58,557 bases of DNA, taken from assembly GCA_049617695.1 (NCBI GenBank), contig JBMZJT010000001.1, positions 1 through 58,557 on the forward strand, written 5' to 3'. Below the pieces are notes generated by a model, which did no database searches, had not been told where the DNA came from, and saw only the letters and a list, made by a program, of their open reading frames with translations. The position numbers and the translations under genes are program-made. The DNA comes from Thermoplasmatota archaeon (GTDB lineage Archaea > Thermoplasmatota > E2 > JACPAO01 > JAHFTW01). Positions 1 through 9,506 of this stretch are shown here, one piece after another. The number at the start of each line of letters is the position of its first letter. Position 1 is the first letter of the stretch.

Positions 1-86
1 ATCCACTGTCCTGGGTTGTTCTCACAGTTGCCGCGCGTGCGTAAATGTAGGGCTACCAAGGAAGCAGAGGAAGAAGGGCCTGAAGT

Positions 87-1400
87 TTAGACCAGGCGGT
101 TTTGGCGGCGTGGCCGGAAGTCGACGACGCTGCGAATCAATTCGTCCTCGGCCAGAACCTGGCGGGTAGAATCGATGGGGCAACTCATCTGGATTTCGCG
201 GGTGCGGCCGTAGCGTCCCTTGCTGATGACGCGGGCCGTGAAGATGCCGAGCATGTCCAGTTCGCTGATCAGGTCCGTGATGCGGCGCTGGGTCAGGATG
301 TCGCTGCCCGTCGCCTTGCACAGGTCCTTGTAGATCGCGAAGACCTCGCCCGTCGTCAGGGTGTGGACGCCGACGGCCTTGTTGTCCTCTTCACCGAGGA
401 TGGTGGCCAGCAAGACCAGCTTGCTCTGGGTCGGCAGGGTGCGCACGACTTCGCTGATGCGGTCCAGTTCAATCTTGTTCTGGGCCATGCGGACGTGGCT
501 TTCGCTCACGGTCTTCTGGCGTTCGCGTTCACAGAGTTCGGCGGCCACGCGCAGCAGGTCCAAGGCACGGCGGGCGTCGCCGTGTTCACGGGCTGCTAGG
601 GCGCTGCACAAGGGGATGACGCTGTCGTCCAGGACGCCTTCCTTGAGCGCCATGTGGGCGCGCTGGGTGAGGATGTCCTCGAGTTGTTGGGCGTCGTAGG
701 GGGCGAAGATCATGCTTTCTTCGCCGAGGCTGCTCTTGACCCGGGGGTCCAAGAATTCCGTGAACTTGAGGTCGTTGCTGATGCCGATGACGCTGACCTT
801 GTTGTTGGCCAGGTCGCTGTTGATCCGAGTCAGCGTGTAGAGGACTTCGTCGCCCTTGAGCTTGTCCACTTCGTCGAGCACGATGATGGTGACTTCGCCG
901 GGTTTGCGGTTGTTGTCCACGGTCCAGCGTTCGTCGTCGCCCTTGGTGTTGCCATCGACGTAGCGGCGCAGGGCATCGTACACTTCGTCCGTGGGCCAGC
1001 CGGTGAATGGAATGCGGTGGCTCCACTTGTCGGCGGGGACGAAGGCGTTGGCGATGTTCTGCAGGACGCGGTACTGGGTATCGACGACCTCGCAGTTGAT
1101 GTAGATGAGATTGACACGCTTGCCGAGCTCTTCGCCCTTCGCGCTCAGTTCTTTGCCGACGTACTTGACGCAGGCGGTCTTGCCGGTGCCGGTCTTGCCG
1201 TAGATGAAGACGTTGCTCGGCGTTTCGCCGCGCAGCGCCGGCACCAAGATGCTGCCCAGGCTGCGGATCTCGAGATCGCGGTGGGGCAGGTCATCTGGCG
1301 TGTAGGACGAGCGCATGACTTCCTTGTTCTGGAAGAGCGGCTCGACCTCCAGCAATTGTCCAAACAGATCATTGACCAATGGTGAATCCTCCCATGCCAT
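87..1400 (-). CDS. cdc6: Orc1/Cdc6 replication initiator (AAA+ ATPase plus C-terminal winged helix)
   Basis: Lies in ORF 87..1535. Walker A GKTGTGKT and Walker B IIVLDEVD are present, with an overall archaeal Orc1/Cdc6 layout. The ATG at 1400 (MAWEDSPL) is the more plausible start; the 45 upstream codons are Gly/Thr/Pro-rich and look non-native. Confidence 0.9.
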   Translation of the reverse strand: MAWEDSPLVNDLFGQLLEVEPLFQNKEVMRSSYTPDDLPHRDLEIRSLGSILVPALRGETPSNVFIYGKTGTGKTACVKYVGKELSAKGEELGKRVNLIYINCEVVDTQYRVLQNIANAFVPADKWSHRIPFTGWPTDEVYDALRRYVDGNTKGDDERWTVDNNRKPGEVTIIVLDEVDKLKGDEVLYTLTRINSDLANNKVSVIGISNDLKFTEFLDPRVKSSLGEESMIFAPYDAQQLEDILTQRAHMALKEGVLDDSVIPLCSALAAREHGDARRALDLLRVAAELCERERQKTVSESHVRMAQNKIELDRISEVVRTLPTQSKLVLLATILGEEDNKAVGVHTLTTGEVFAIYKDLCKATGSDILTQRRITDLISELDMLGIFTARVISKGRYGRTREIQMSCPIDSTRQVLAEDELIRSVVDFRPRRQNRLV

Positions 1401-1716
1401 GACCTTGATTTCCTCTGGAGGACACCTGGTTCCGCTCCCATCGGTTCCAGGCGCATCAACGGTCGTAGGCGAAGTAAAACCGTCCAATCCCGCACTGCAC
1501 ATAACCCCTCCCCCTTCCTTCTGCAACCCCTTCATTTCGCATGGAAATCTCTGCCAAGGAGAGCTTGGTCAAACGCTGGTTCGTGTGACGCAAAACGGCG
1601 TCGCGACCCATCCGTGCGATGGCCGCCGACAGCTCGAAAATGCCGTCCCTGGCCGAGCTTCCGCCCCAAATCAACATGCGCTGTGGCCGCGCGTGGCGTG
1701 CACAGGAAGCGTCGCT

Positions 1717-3879
1717 TCAGGCGATGCCGTCGCGGACCTTCACGGCCACGCCGTTCTCGAAGTCGAGCATCTCCTCGGCGTTCATCAGGGCCTGGCCCAC
1801 GGCGACCAGGTCTCCGCTGCCATCGACAATCAGGCACTCGTCGCCGGGGCGCAGCCCCTCATCGCAGGCGACAATGAACTTGGCAAACGCCGACTTGCCC
1901 TCGCGATTGAATGCCACGCTGTCATCGTGGACCGTCACGCGCATCGGAATGCCGGCAGCGTGCAGAATCTTCGCGCCCGCCGGTTTCAGGGTAAACAGGG
2001 CGTCCTGGGCGCGCAGGCTCAAGATGTGCTCCCCGTTGAGGTGCACCGTACGCATCTTGCCGGTCGCCTTGGAGCGTTCGCATTTCAGATTGCCATCCGT
2101 CAAGGCGTGGCCGGCGCCGGCGCCAAACTGCCAATCCGCGGTGCGCAGGACTTGCATGAGATCGCGGTCGAAACCGCCCTTGGGGCCCGGAGGTCCCGGG
2201 ATGCCAGGCATGAAGTCATGGGCTTCCAGGAAGGCGTCCTTGGTGGTGCCCACCCAGCCCATGTGGGCTTGATCGAGATCGCCCAGGGCCGGCAGGACGG
2301 ACTGGGCAAAGGGATACGCCTCGTCCAGTCCCAGGGGCACGGGGCCAAGGCTGCTGATGACGACGTGATCTTGTTCCTCGTCCAAGGGGAGCTTGCGCGC
2401 ACGTTCGTCGCCGCCGTCCTTGCGGGCCAAGGCAGGGCCAAACGGCTTGTTGGCGGGTTCCTTGTGCATGGCGACTTCGCGCTTCTCCTCGCCTTCCTCG
2501 GCATAGGGCGTCGAAACCTGGGCTTCGACGGGCTCGCCAATGGGCGTGAAGCGCTCCTGCATGCGGGTCTTGATGCGGTGGAACACGGGGCGGTTGTGGG
2601 TCAAGCCACCGGTGTAGCGCATGGCCTTGCCTCCGCTCAGGGGCTCGCGTTGTTCGAGCCACGCCTGGTATTCGGGGGCACGCAGGCGGCGGGTCGCCGC
2701 AGCCAGCAACGGGTGGCAGGCGGCGCGTTGTTCGACCAATTCCCACAAGACGCCGTCGCGAATCGCGGTGCGGATGCGGCGTAGGTCGGTGAAGCAGACG
2801 TCCAAGTTGTGCAGCGCTAAGGCCCGCTCTGCCGCGAATCCGGGGCTTTCAGCCTCCTTTTGGCGAATCCGCGCCTGGGCAGATGCATAGGTCCGGTCGG
2901 CATCGTCGGGAACGCCGGCGCGGCGGCGCTTCTGTTTGAGTGCCTTGCTCAATTCCTTCGGCGTCCATCCATCCAGCATCGGCGCGTGGACTGGCCATTC
3001 GTCCAAGTCAGCCACGTGCAGGGTGCCGCCTTCCCACATCATGCGGCCGTCCTTGGCGTACTTGGCGTAGCTGCTGCTGTCAAACAAGTCGCAGCCAAGC
3101 GCCGTCGCCAGGGGGAACACGAGGGGGTGCCCGGCGCCGAACAAGTGTACAGGGCGATCCTTGCGCAGGTGCTGCTGCGCGTTGAGGATGATGTCCACCA
3201 ATTCGGGGTACATCTGCTGCTCCATCACGGGCACGACGCCGCCGATGGTGGTGTAACCCGTGTCCAGTTCCCGGTGGGCGCCGGCGCAGGCTTGGCGCAG
3301 GTCCATGTGGAGGCCACCTTGGACGGTGGCATTGATGTAGGGCGTGTTGGCGCCACGTCCGCGACCGTCTGGCTCGGCGCGCCAGGCGGTGCGTTGCTTG
3401 CTGGCAGCCGCCGTGCGCTCCAGAGTCGTCGCCACGGCTTGCTCGGCTTCCTCCCGGGTCATGTCCGGGGTGACGAACAAGTCGAGGCAGGTCGCCACAT
3501 CGACGCCCATGTCCGCTTGGAACTGCACGATTTCCTCGGGGCCGACTTCGACGTCGCCGTAGACGTACATCTGGAACGTGCCGGAGTCCGTCATCAAGGC
3601 GCCGTCCCAGTCGACCAGGTCATGCACCCCGTTCTCCAGTGCATGTTTGCGCAGGTGGTCGTGTTTGTGGATGACGTAGCTGTTGGTGATGATCATCTCG
3701 GCACCAAACCGCTGGGCCATCTCCTTGGGGGGTACCAAATCGATGTTCGGATTGACCACCGGCATCATCGTCGGCGTCGTCACGGCTCCGTGTGGCGTCG
3801 TGAAGCGGCCGATGCGGCCCGCTGCGGCGCGGCTGATGATGTCGAAGGTCATGGGGTCGCCGACTCGGAGGTCCTTCAT
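1717..3879 (-). CDS. tgtA: archaeosine tRNA-guanine transglycosylase (ArcTGT) with C-terminal PUA-like domain
   Basis: 720-aa ORF. The N-terminus (GRIGRFTTPHGAVTTPTMMPVVNP ... ITNSY ... LMTDSGTFQ) matches the TGT TIM-barrel signature. The C-terminal region looks PUA-like (GLRPGDECLIVDGSGDLVAVGQALM). The start may instead be the internal M10 (MTFDII) at 3852. Confidence 0.88.
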   Translation of the reverse strand: MKDLRVGDPMTFDIISRAAAGRIGRFTTPHGAVTTPTMMPVVNPNIDLVPPKEMAQRFGAEMIITNSYVIHKHDHLRKHALENGVHDLVDWDGALMTDSGTFQMYVYGDVEVGPEEIVQFQADMGVDVATCLDLFVTPDMTREEAEQAVATTLERTAAASKQRTAWRAEPDGRGRGANTPYINATVQGGLHMDLRQACAGAHRELDTGYTTIGGVVPVMEQQMYPELVDIILNAQQHLRKDRPVHLFGAGHPLVFPLATALGCDLFDSSSYAKYAKDGRMMWEGGTLHVADLDEWPVHAPMLDGWTPKELSKALKQKRRRAGVPDDADRTYASAQARIRQKEAESPGFAAERALALHNLDVCFTDLRRIRTAIRDGVLWELVEQRAACHPLLAAATRRLRAPEYQAWLEQREPLSGGKAMRYTGGLTHNRPVFHRIKTRMQERFTPIGEPVEAQVSTPYAEEGEEKREVAMHKEPANKPFGPALARKDGGDERARKLPLDEEQDHVVISSLGPVPLGLDEAYPFAQSVLPALGDLDQAHMGWVGTTKDAFLEAHDFMPGIPGPPGPKGGFDRDLMQVLRTADWQFGAGAGHALTDGNLKCERSKATGKMRTVHLNGEHILSLRAQDALFTLKPAGAKILHAAGIPMRVTVHDDSVAFNREGKSAFAKFIVACDEGLRPGDECLIVDGSGDLVAVGQALMNAEEMLDFENGVAVKVRDGIA

Positions 3880-3940
3880 AACCGGACCCGGCCCTGGAAG
3901 CCAACCTTATCATCCACCTATTGTGAGGCGCCCCTTGGAC

Positions 3941-5029
3941 ATGGCCGACCTGCTGTCCTCCAAGCTGCCCATCGCCCCCCGCCCGACCGTGCAGGTCCAC
4001 GGCTTTGCGGAGGCTGAACTGGAAGCCGAATCGCAGCGCCTCGCCGCCCGCATCAACGACCCCGAACGGTGGGGTTTGGAGATGTGCCGGATGATTGCGC
4101 CGCTGACGCTGCGCATCAACCGGCTCAAGGAGGAACAAGGCGTGTTCCTCATGGCCCACAGCTATCAGACGCCGGACATCGTCTATGGCGTCGCGGATGC
4201 CGTCGGTGATTCCTATGGCCTGGCCAAGAAGGCCGCCCAGAGCGATGCTGACACGATTCTGTTTAGCAGCGTCCGTTTCATGGCCGAGACGGCCAAGATT
4301 GTCAATCCGACCAAGCGCGTTCTGCATCCAAGCCCCGAAGCCGGCTGCAGTCTCGCGGATGGTATCACGGCCGCTGACGTGCGCAACCTCAAGGAGCAAC
4401 ACCCTGGCGTGCCCGTGGTGTGCTACATCAACACCACTGCCGATGTCAAGGCCGAATGCGACGTCAGCGTCACGTCGAGCAACTACCTGGACATCTGCCG
4501 CAACCTGCCAGGCGACGAGATCGTCTTCGTTCCCGACCAATTCATGGGCGCCCACCTGCAGAAGGCCATCCCGGAGAAGACGTTCCACGTCTGGGCCGGC
4601 TCCTGTGAGGTCCACGACCAATTCACGGCCGACGCCGCCAAGGCCTGGCGGGAAGTCGCCAAGGAACAAGGCCGCGAACTCCACATCTTGGCTCACCCGG
4701 AATGCACGGGTGAAGTGCTCCTGGAAGCTGATTTCGTTGGCAGCAGCGAGAAAATGATGGACTACGCCCGGCAACTGGAAGCGCAGGGCAAGGTCGACGT
4801 CATGCCCGTCACGGAATGTGGCACGGCCGATCGCATGCGCGCCGAAATCAAGGGCCTCAACATCATGGGCGCCTGCGTCCTGTGTCCCCACATGAAGAAA
4901 ACCGGGCTAGGCGACATCCTGCAATGCCTGGAAGCGCCACGCGACGATCAGGTCATCCAGATTGATGCATCCGTGCTGGCTGGCGCGCAGGCCAACCTGG
5001 ATGCAATGTTCCGCTTGGCGGAAGCGTAG
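3941..5029 (+). CDS. nadA: quinolinate synthase
   Basis: In-frame ATG at 3941 (MADLLSS) inside ORF 3683..5029. NadA-like blocks are present: FLMAHSYQTPDIVYGVADAVGDSYGLA, VRFMAETAKI, VVCYINTTADVKA, VTSSN. Confidence 0.88.
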   Translation: MADLLSSKLPIAPRPTVQVHGFAEAELEAESQRLAARINDPERWGLEMCRMIAPLTLRINRLKEEQGVFLMAHSYQTPDIVYGVADAVGDSYGLAKKAAQSDADTILFSSVRFMAETAKIVNPTKRVLHPSPEAGCSLADGITAADVRNLKEQHPGVPVVCYINTTADVKAECDVSVTSSNYLDICRNLPGDEIVFVPDQFMGAHLQKAIPEKTFHVWAGSCEVHDQFTADAAKAWREVAKEQGRELHILAHPECTGEVLLEADFVGSSEKMMDYARQLEAQGKVDVMPVTECGTADRMRAEIKGLNIMGACVLCPHMKKTGLGDILQCLEAPRDDQVIQIDASVLAGAQANLDAMFRLAEA

Positions 5030-5573
5030 CCAGCCACCACATCCACGCGGCCAAGGCGACGACTTCGAAGCGTTCGGCGAGGCCGTGCCACGCGCCGATG
5101 CGGTCCGTGATCAGCAGCGCGACGGCACCGGCCACGAAGACGCCCGTGGCGATGTGGAGGCCTCGGTTTTTGGCATGGATGCTGAGCAAGATCGTACCCA
5201 GACCCACGTTGACGAAGGCGGCAAAACCGATCGCATAGTGCAGGCGACCGGTTGGGGTGAGCCACGCGCAGCCTGCATCGCAGGGCACGAGCGCCGCACC
5301 CATCCAGTGGAGCACGTAGAATGCAATCATGCAGGTCAAGCCCACGGCGTGTAAGGCGGAGTCCCCCTTGCGCCAGCGGCCTGCAAAGAACAGGATGCCG
5401 AGTCCGGCCGCAACCGTGCCGCCGGCCACATACCAAGCGCGCAAGGGCGCGTCCGTTTGGCTCAGGGTGCTGATGTAGCCATGGATCATGTCATGGCCGG
5501 GGCTCAGCCAGCCCACGAGAAAGACGGTGATGACGGAGGCGATGCCCGCGGCGGGTCCAGCCCAATTTACCAT
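4953..5573 (-). CDS. DUF998-like polytopic membrane protein
   Basis: 206-aa ORF with about six hydrophobic helices. Its start overlaps the upstream bactofilin-like gene stop by 7 nt. Its 3' end overlaps convergent nadA by 77 nt. Confidence 0.55.
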   Translation of the reverse strand: MVNWAGPAAGIASVITVFLVGWLSPGHDMIHGYISTLSQTDAPLRAWYVAGGTVAAGLGILFFAGRWRKGDSALHAVGLTCMIAFYVLHWMGAALVPCDAGCAWLTPTGRLHYAIGFAAFVNVGLGTILLSIHAKNRGLHIATGVFVAGAVALLITDRIGAWHGLAERFEVVALAAWMWWLATLPPSGTLHPGWPARQPARMHQSG

Positions 5574-6007
5574 GGCCGGGTCTGGATGCGACCGCCAGGG
5601 TCGAGGCGTCCGGTTTGCGGGCTGCCCACGATGACGATGTCGCCGCCGGCCTTGACGTCCTGTACGTGGGCTTGACCCAGTAGCAACACGTCGCCTCCGG
5701 CTTCGACATCGCCGTCAATCCTGGCGCCGTGTTCAATGACGACGCGGCCGACCGCGCGCACGGGGCCACGGACATGGCAGTCTGGGCCCACGATGACCTC
5801 GTGGCCACCTTGGACGTCTTGCCAGACCGTGACGCCGCGCGCAAGGATCACGCCGCCTGCATGCTCGATGAAGCCCTGCACGACGGCGCCGTGGCCGACG
5901 TTCAGGATGGCGGCATCATCGCCGGATTTCAGCGAAGGGACCGACGCCTTGGCGGGGACGAGGTGTCCCTGTTCAGTGCGGTGCAGCCCTTCGGCGATCC
6001 ACGCCAT
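5567..6007 (-). CDS. bactofilin-like (polymer-forming cytoskeletal, beta-helix repeat) protein
   Basis: 146 aa with a repetitive G/V/D-rich beta-helical pattern (GHGAVVQGFIEHAGGVILARGVTVWQDVQGGHEVIVGPDCHVRGPV...GDVEAGGDVLLLGQAHVQDVKAGGDIVIVG). The ATG directly abuts the upstream gene stop (TAAATG). Confidence 0.6.
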   Translation of the reverse strand: MAWIAEGLHRTEQGHLVPAKASVPSLKSGDDAAILNVGHGAVVQGFIEHAGGVILARGVTVWQDVQGGHEVIVGPDCHVRGPVRAVGRVVIEHGARIDGDVEAGGDVLLLGQAHVQDVKAGGDIVIVGSPQTGRLDPGGRIQTRPW

Positions 6008-6898
6008 TTAGCGGCGACGCAGCAGAGCAACGGCGACCAGGACGACGCCCAAGCCGAGGATGGGCAGGCCGGGGGCGTCTTCGCCGTCGCCATCGTCGGT
6101 GGTCGGGGTGGCGGCCATGTTCTTGATGACCCAGGTCACGTTCTGCTCGTTGGTGGGGCCGCAGGCGTCACTGGGGCCGTCCAGGCAGTGGCTGTAGGTG
6201 TAGAACGAGATGACGTCCTCTTCCCAGGCACCGGCCGGAGGCGTCCAAACGACGCTGAGGTTGCGCTGGCGTTCTTCGCCGGCGGGCAGGTTGACGACTT
6301 GGTGGAACAGGTTGCTGATGCTGCCGTTGACACCGATGTCAAGGAACATGACCATGGTGTTGCCGTTGGCCGTGATGTCGAGGCCGATGTCGAATGCGAC
6401 GCTGCCGTTGTCCGCTTCCGTGAATTCGTAGGGGAAGTCGATGCTGGTGGTCATCGTGTGGCCCGGCTTGTAGGCGATTTGGAGGGGCTCGTGGGCGACG
6501 GAGCCGGTCAGGCCGCCGCCGGTGGCCGTCACCGTGAAGGTCTCCGGCACGTAGGCCATGGCATCGCTGGTGGGGTTGATCGTCAGGTCGATTTCCTTGA
6601 CAATGCTCAGGGCGGGGTTGGCACAGTCGGCGCCAGGTGCGAAGTTGACCGTTTCACTGTCCGCGCCGAAGTAGTCGGGCAGATCGGTTTCCAGGGCGAT
6701 GTCGATGCTTGCGCTCTGGCTCGCCAGGAATTCGCTGCAACCCAGGGTGACTTCGAAGGGAATCGTGGTCGCCTGGTCGTGGGGAATGGTTTGAGAAGAA
6801 ATGCCTCCCGTGATGGAGAGGCCGGTGGCTTGCGCGGCACCCATCGGCGCGGCAAGGACAGCCGCCATCAGGAGGAACGGAAGCAGTTTCACGTTCAT
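6008..6898 (-). CDS. secreted surface protein with C-terminal APG-hydrophobic-RRR sorting/anchor signal
   Basis: ATG at 6898 gives the signal peptide MNVKLLPFLLMAAVLAAPMGAAQA. The C-terminus is DDGDGEDAPGLPILGLGVVLVAVALLRRR. The upstream part of ORF 6008..7177 is discarded. Confidence 0.75.
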   Translation of the reverse strand: MNVKLLPFLLMAAVLAAPMGAAQATGLSITGGISSQTIPHDQATTIPFEVTLGCSEFLASQSASIDIALETDLPDYFGADSETVNFAPGADCANPALSIVKEIDLTINPTSDAMAYVPETFTVTATGGGLTGSVAHEPLQIAYKPGHTMTTSIDFPYEFTEADNGSVAFDIGLDITANGNTMVMFLDIGVNGSISNLFHQVVNLPAGEERQRNLSVVWTPPAGAWEEDVISFYTYSHCLDGPSDACGPTNEQNVTWVIKNMAATPTTDDGDGEDAPGLPILGLGVVLVAVALLRRR

Positions 6899-6959
6899 GG
6901 TGGGTGAACGACGAGCCCGGTTTGATTTAGGCTTTCTCCCGACTTGGTTGCGCGCTGCA

Positions 6960-7721
6960 TCAACCCATCTGTATGGGCGCAACCAAGCGGCGCAGCGTGG
7001 CGATGGCGGAGAGGCTAGCCAAGTAGCTCGTGCGTGGATTGGTGGGGCTTGGCAGGTTTTCCACTTCAATCCGGGCCCGGCCAAAGTCGCCTTCAATGAT
7101 GACCTTGTGGCTGTTGCGCGTGGCCAACGGATCGACGGCGACTTGCACCCAGGTGTCATCAAACCCGAGCCCCGCAAGACTCAGGGCTGCGGCGACGTTG
7201 ACGTTCTTGGGGAAGCGCTCGACTGCTTCGCGTGCCGGCCCGTTGAACAGGAGCGTCCACTTGTCGACCGCGTGATCCAGGCCTTGTGGTGGCTTCGTGG
7301 TGACGAGGGTCACGCTCCGCACTTTGGCTTCATTGGCGGCCACGAGGCCATCGATGCCCATGACGGCGCCGCTGGGCAAATGGATCCGTCCGCCGTGGGC
7401 CCTGGCGAGGCCGGTCAGCTCCGCGCGCAGGTCGTCGTCGGCCAATGCGCCGATGGTCAGCATCATGACGTCCTTGCCTGCGGCCAGGGCGTCGCGCAGA
7501 ACGGTTTGAACGACGCCCTTGTTGGCACATTCCACCACGAGATCGCAGGCTTGCACCAGGGCATCCACGTCAGGGGCCACCTGGACCTTGGGCAAGGTGG
7601 ACAGCGCGGCGGTCGCATCGGGGTCCACGTCATGGATGTGAATGCCGTCCACGTCCATGGTCGAGGCGGCCCGGACCACGTCGCTGCCAATGGCGCCACA
7701 GCCGACGACTCCAATGTGCAC
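6960..7721 (-). CDS. nadX: L-aspartate dehydrogenase
   Basis: 253 aa with a Rossmann N-terminus (IGVVGCGAIGS) and the conserved aspartate dehydrogenase C-terminal block (HKVIIEGDFGRARIEVENLPSPTNPRTSYLASLSAIATLRRL). Confidence 0.85.
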   Translation of the reverse strand: MHIGVVGCGAIGSDVVRAASTMDVDGIHIHDVDPDATAALSTLPKVQVAPDVDALVQACDLVVECANKGVVQTVLRDALAAGKDVMMLTIGALADDDLRAELTGLARAHGGRIHLPSGAVMGIDGLVAANEAKVRSVTLVTTKPPQGLDHAVDKWTLLFNGPAREAVERFPKNVNVAAALSLAGLGFDDTWVQVAVDPLATRNSHKVIIEGDFGRARIEVENLPSPTNPRTSYLASLSAIATLRRLVAPIQMG

Positions 7722-7745
7722 GGAGGGTCCACTCGGGTCCGTCTC

Positions 7746-8597
7746 TTAACGGCGGCGGGCAAGCAATGCAATCAGCAGGCCCGGGAGCACCAAGGCGCCG
7801 GCGCTGGGAACATAGACGCCTTCCGTTTCTGCTCCCAATGTGAACGTCTCGGTCGGCCCCTTGCGGCTCGGGTCGTGAACGAACGACTGCGCCACTTGGA
7901 TGGAGAATTCCTCGTTCACCTGATTCTTGCCGTTCTCGAAGGGAGTCACGTACGTGACCGTGAACGTGGCACAGTCTCGCGGGTCGCCAGCGGCATCCAA
8001 AACGAGGGATTCCGGGGCCAGCGGGAAGCCTTTGGTGTCTTGCGTCACGACTTGGAATTCGAACAGGGACGCACCATTGGCGTGGTTGCAAATGGTCACT
8101 GGGTACGGAATTTGTTCCTGGGGTCGGCCTTGGGCTTCTGGTTCCTCCACGCGGAGCTCGAAACCGGGCAGGTACTCCATTTGCAGCACCATCTGGTTTT
8201 CCCAGGCCACGCTACCGTCGCTCCAAGAGAGGCGATATGTGGCCTCCTGCACTTCCAAAGCTCGCAGGATGTCGGTCGCCGTGACTTCCACGCTCACGCG
8301 CTCGTAGGCGGCATCGGCGCCGGCGCATGCCGTTCGGTCAAAATGCACGGCCGACGGTGCCGCGATGGTCACGCCATCGGGTGCAGCGAATTCGAGGTAC
8401 GCCGTGCGTGCGGCGCCCCCCGTCAGATCTCCTTCGAGTGGGTGCGTCAATTCATGGCATTCTGCCACCATGATGCCTTCCATCGTGACCGTGGTGTCGG
8501 GAAGGAGGGGCTCGCGCCACACATCCAAATCCATCGAGAGAGCTTGGGCCGGCGCAGCCACCAAGAGCGGAACGAGCAACCAACGAAGTGCGCGCAT
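7746..8597 (-). CDS. secreted surface protein with C-terminal hydrophobic-RRR anchor
   Basis: ATG at 8597 gives the signal peptide MRALRWLLVPLLVAAPAQA. The C-terminus is GVYVPSAGALVLPGLLIALLARRR. The size and paired-Cys layout resemble 6008..6898. Confidence 0.7.
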   Translation of the reverse strand: MRALRWLLVPLLVAAPAQALSMDLDVWREPLLPDTTVTMEGIMVAECHELTHPLEGDLTGGAARTAYLEFAAPDGVTIAAPSAVHFDRTACAGADAAYERVSVEVTATDILRALEVQEATYRLSWSDGSVAWENQMVLQMEYLPGFELRVEEPEAQGRPQEQIPYPVTICNHANGASLFEFQVVTQDTKGFPLAPESLVLDAAGDPRDCATFTVTYVTPFENGKNQVNEEFSIQVAQSFVHDPSRKGPTETFTLGAETEGVYVPSAGALVLPGLLIALLARRR

Positions 8598-8663
8598 CGG
8601 CAAACGTTTCGTCTCACGTACAAGTCCATTTTGGACAGTGGATGCAAGCGACGGCACGTTTTC

Positions 8664-9506
8664 ATGGCGCCTCGGCTGGGCCCCGCCGTGGACTGGATCG
8701 CCGCCTACTTGGAAGAGGATCGGGCCTTGCATGATGTGACGTCGCAGGCGATTTTCTCGAACCAAGTGCAGGGTGCCGCCATCATGCGTGCGCGCGACGC
8801 CGGTTGCATCGCCGGAATCGAGGCGGCGATCCAAGTTTTCGAGCGCGTGGATTGCCTGGCCGTGCCCCTCGTCCAAGATGGCGTGTGGGTGGACGCCGGC
8901 GCCGAATTGATGCGCATCGAAGGGCCGGTCCGAGGGCTGCTTGTCGGGGAGCGCCTGGCGTTGAACATGGTGGGCCGCATGTCCGGTATCGCCACGCAAG
9001 TCCGTCCGCTGGTTGAGCGCTTGGCCAAGGCATGCAGTGGTGCCGTCATTGCTGGGACGCGCAAGACGACACCGGGGTTCCGTGCATTCGAGAAAGCCGC
9101 GATCGTGATTGCCGGCGGGGCGCCTCATCGGATGACCCTCGAAGATGAGGCCATGATCAAGGACAACCACCGCGAAGCGGCCGGCAGCGTCGCGGCAGCC
9201 GTGCAGGCGGTCAAGGCAGCCCACCCTGAAACCATCCTCACAACGGAGATCGAATCGTTGGAGGATGCCTTGGCTGCGGCAGAGGCTGGCACGGATTGGA
9301 TCATGATCGACAACCAGACCCCTGCGACGGGCCAGGCGTGGGCGAAGGCGGTCTGGGCGGCGCATCCGAACGTGAAAATCGAGGCAAGTGGCGGCATTGG
9401 CCCCGATGACGTGGCGTCCTATGGTTGGGCTGACCGCATCAGTTTGGGCTGGATCACGCATCATGCGGTGAGTCTTGATGTGGGTCTGGACTGGGAGGCT
9501 GCATGA
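8664..9506 (+). CDS. nadC: nicotinate-nucleotide pyrophosphorylase (quinolinate phosphoribosyltransferase)
   Basis: ATG at 8664 inside the 901-aa ORF 6801..9506. NadC blocks are present: ERLALNMVGRMSGIAT, AGTRKTTPGFRAFEKAAIVIAGG, HRMTLEDEAMIKDNH, IEASGGI. Confidence 0.88.
   Translation: MAPRLGPAVDWIAAYLEEDRALHDVTSQAIFSNQVQGAAIMRARDAGCIAGIEAAIQVFERVDCLAVPLVQDGVWVDAGAELMRIEGPVRGLLVGERLALNMVGRMSGIATQVRPLVERLAKACSGAVIAGTRKTTPGFRAFEKAAIVIAGGAPHRMTLEDEAMIKDNHREAAGSVAAAVQAVKAAHPETILTTEIESLEDALAAAEAGTDWIMIDNQTPATGQAWAKAVWAAHPNVKIEASGGIGPDDVASYGWADRISLGWITHHAVSLDVGLDWEAA

Noticed and set aside
1401-1716. Possible replication origin next to cdc6 (TTTCCTCTGGAGGA at ~1409 and ATTTCGCATGGAAAT at ~1534 vaguely resemble mini-ORB half sites)
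   Set aside because: There are only two weak, non-identical matches, no repeated ORB elements in inverted orientation and no A/T-rich unwinding element. The evidence is insufficient to call an origin. A genome-wide GC-skew or ORB search would be needed.
6801-8663. Upstream 621 codons of the 901-aa ORF that ends as nadC
   Set aside because: Only the last 280 codons (from the ATG at 8664) resemble NadC. The upstream part is antisense to nadX and to a secreted-protein gene, and has shadow-ORF composition.
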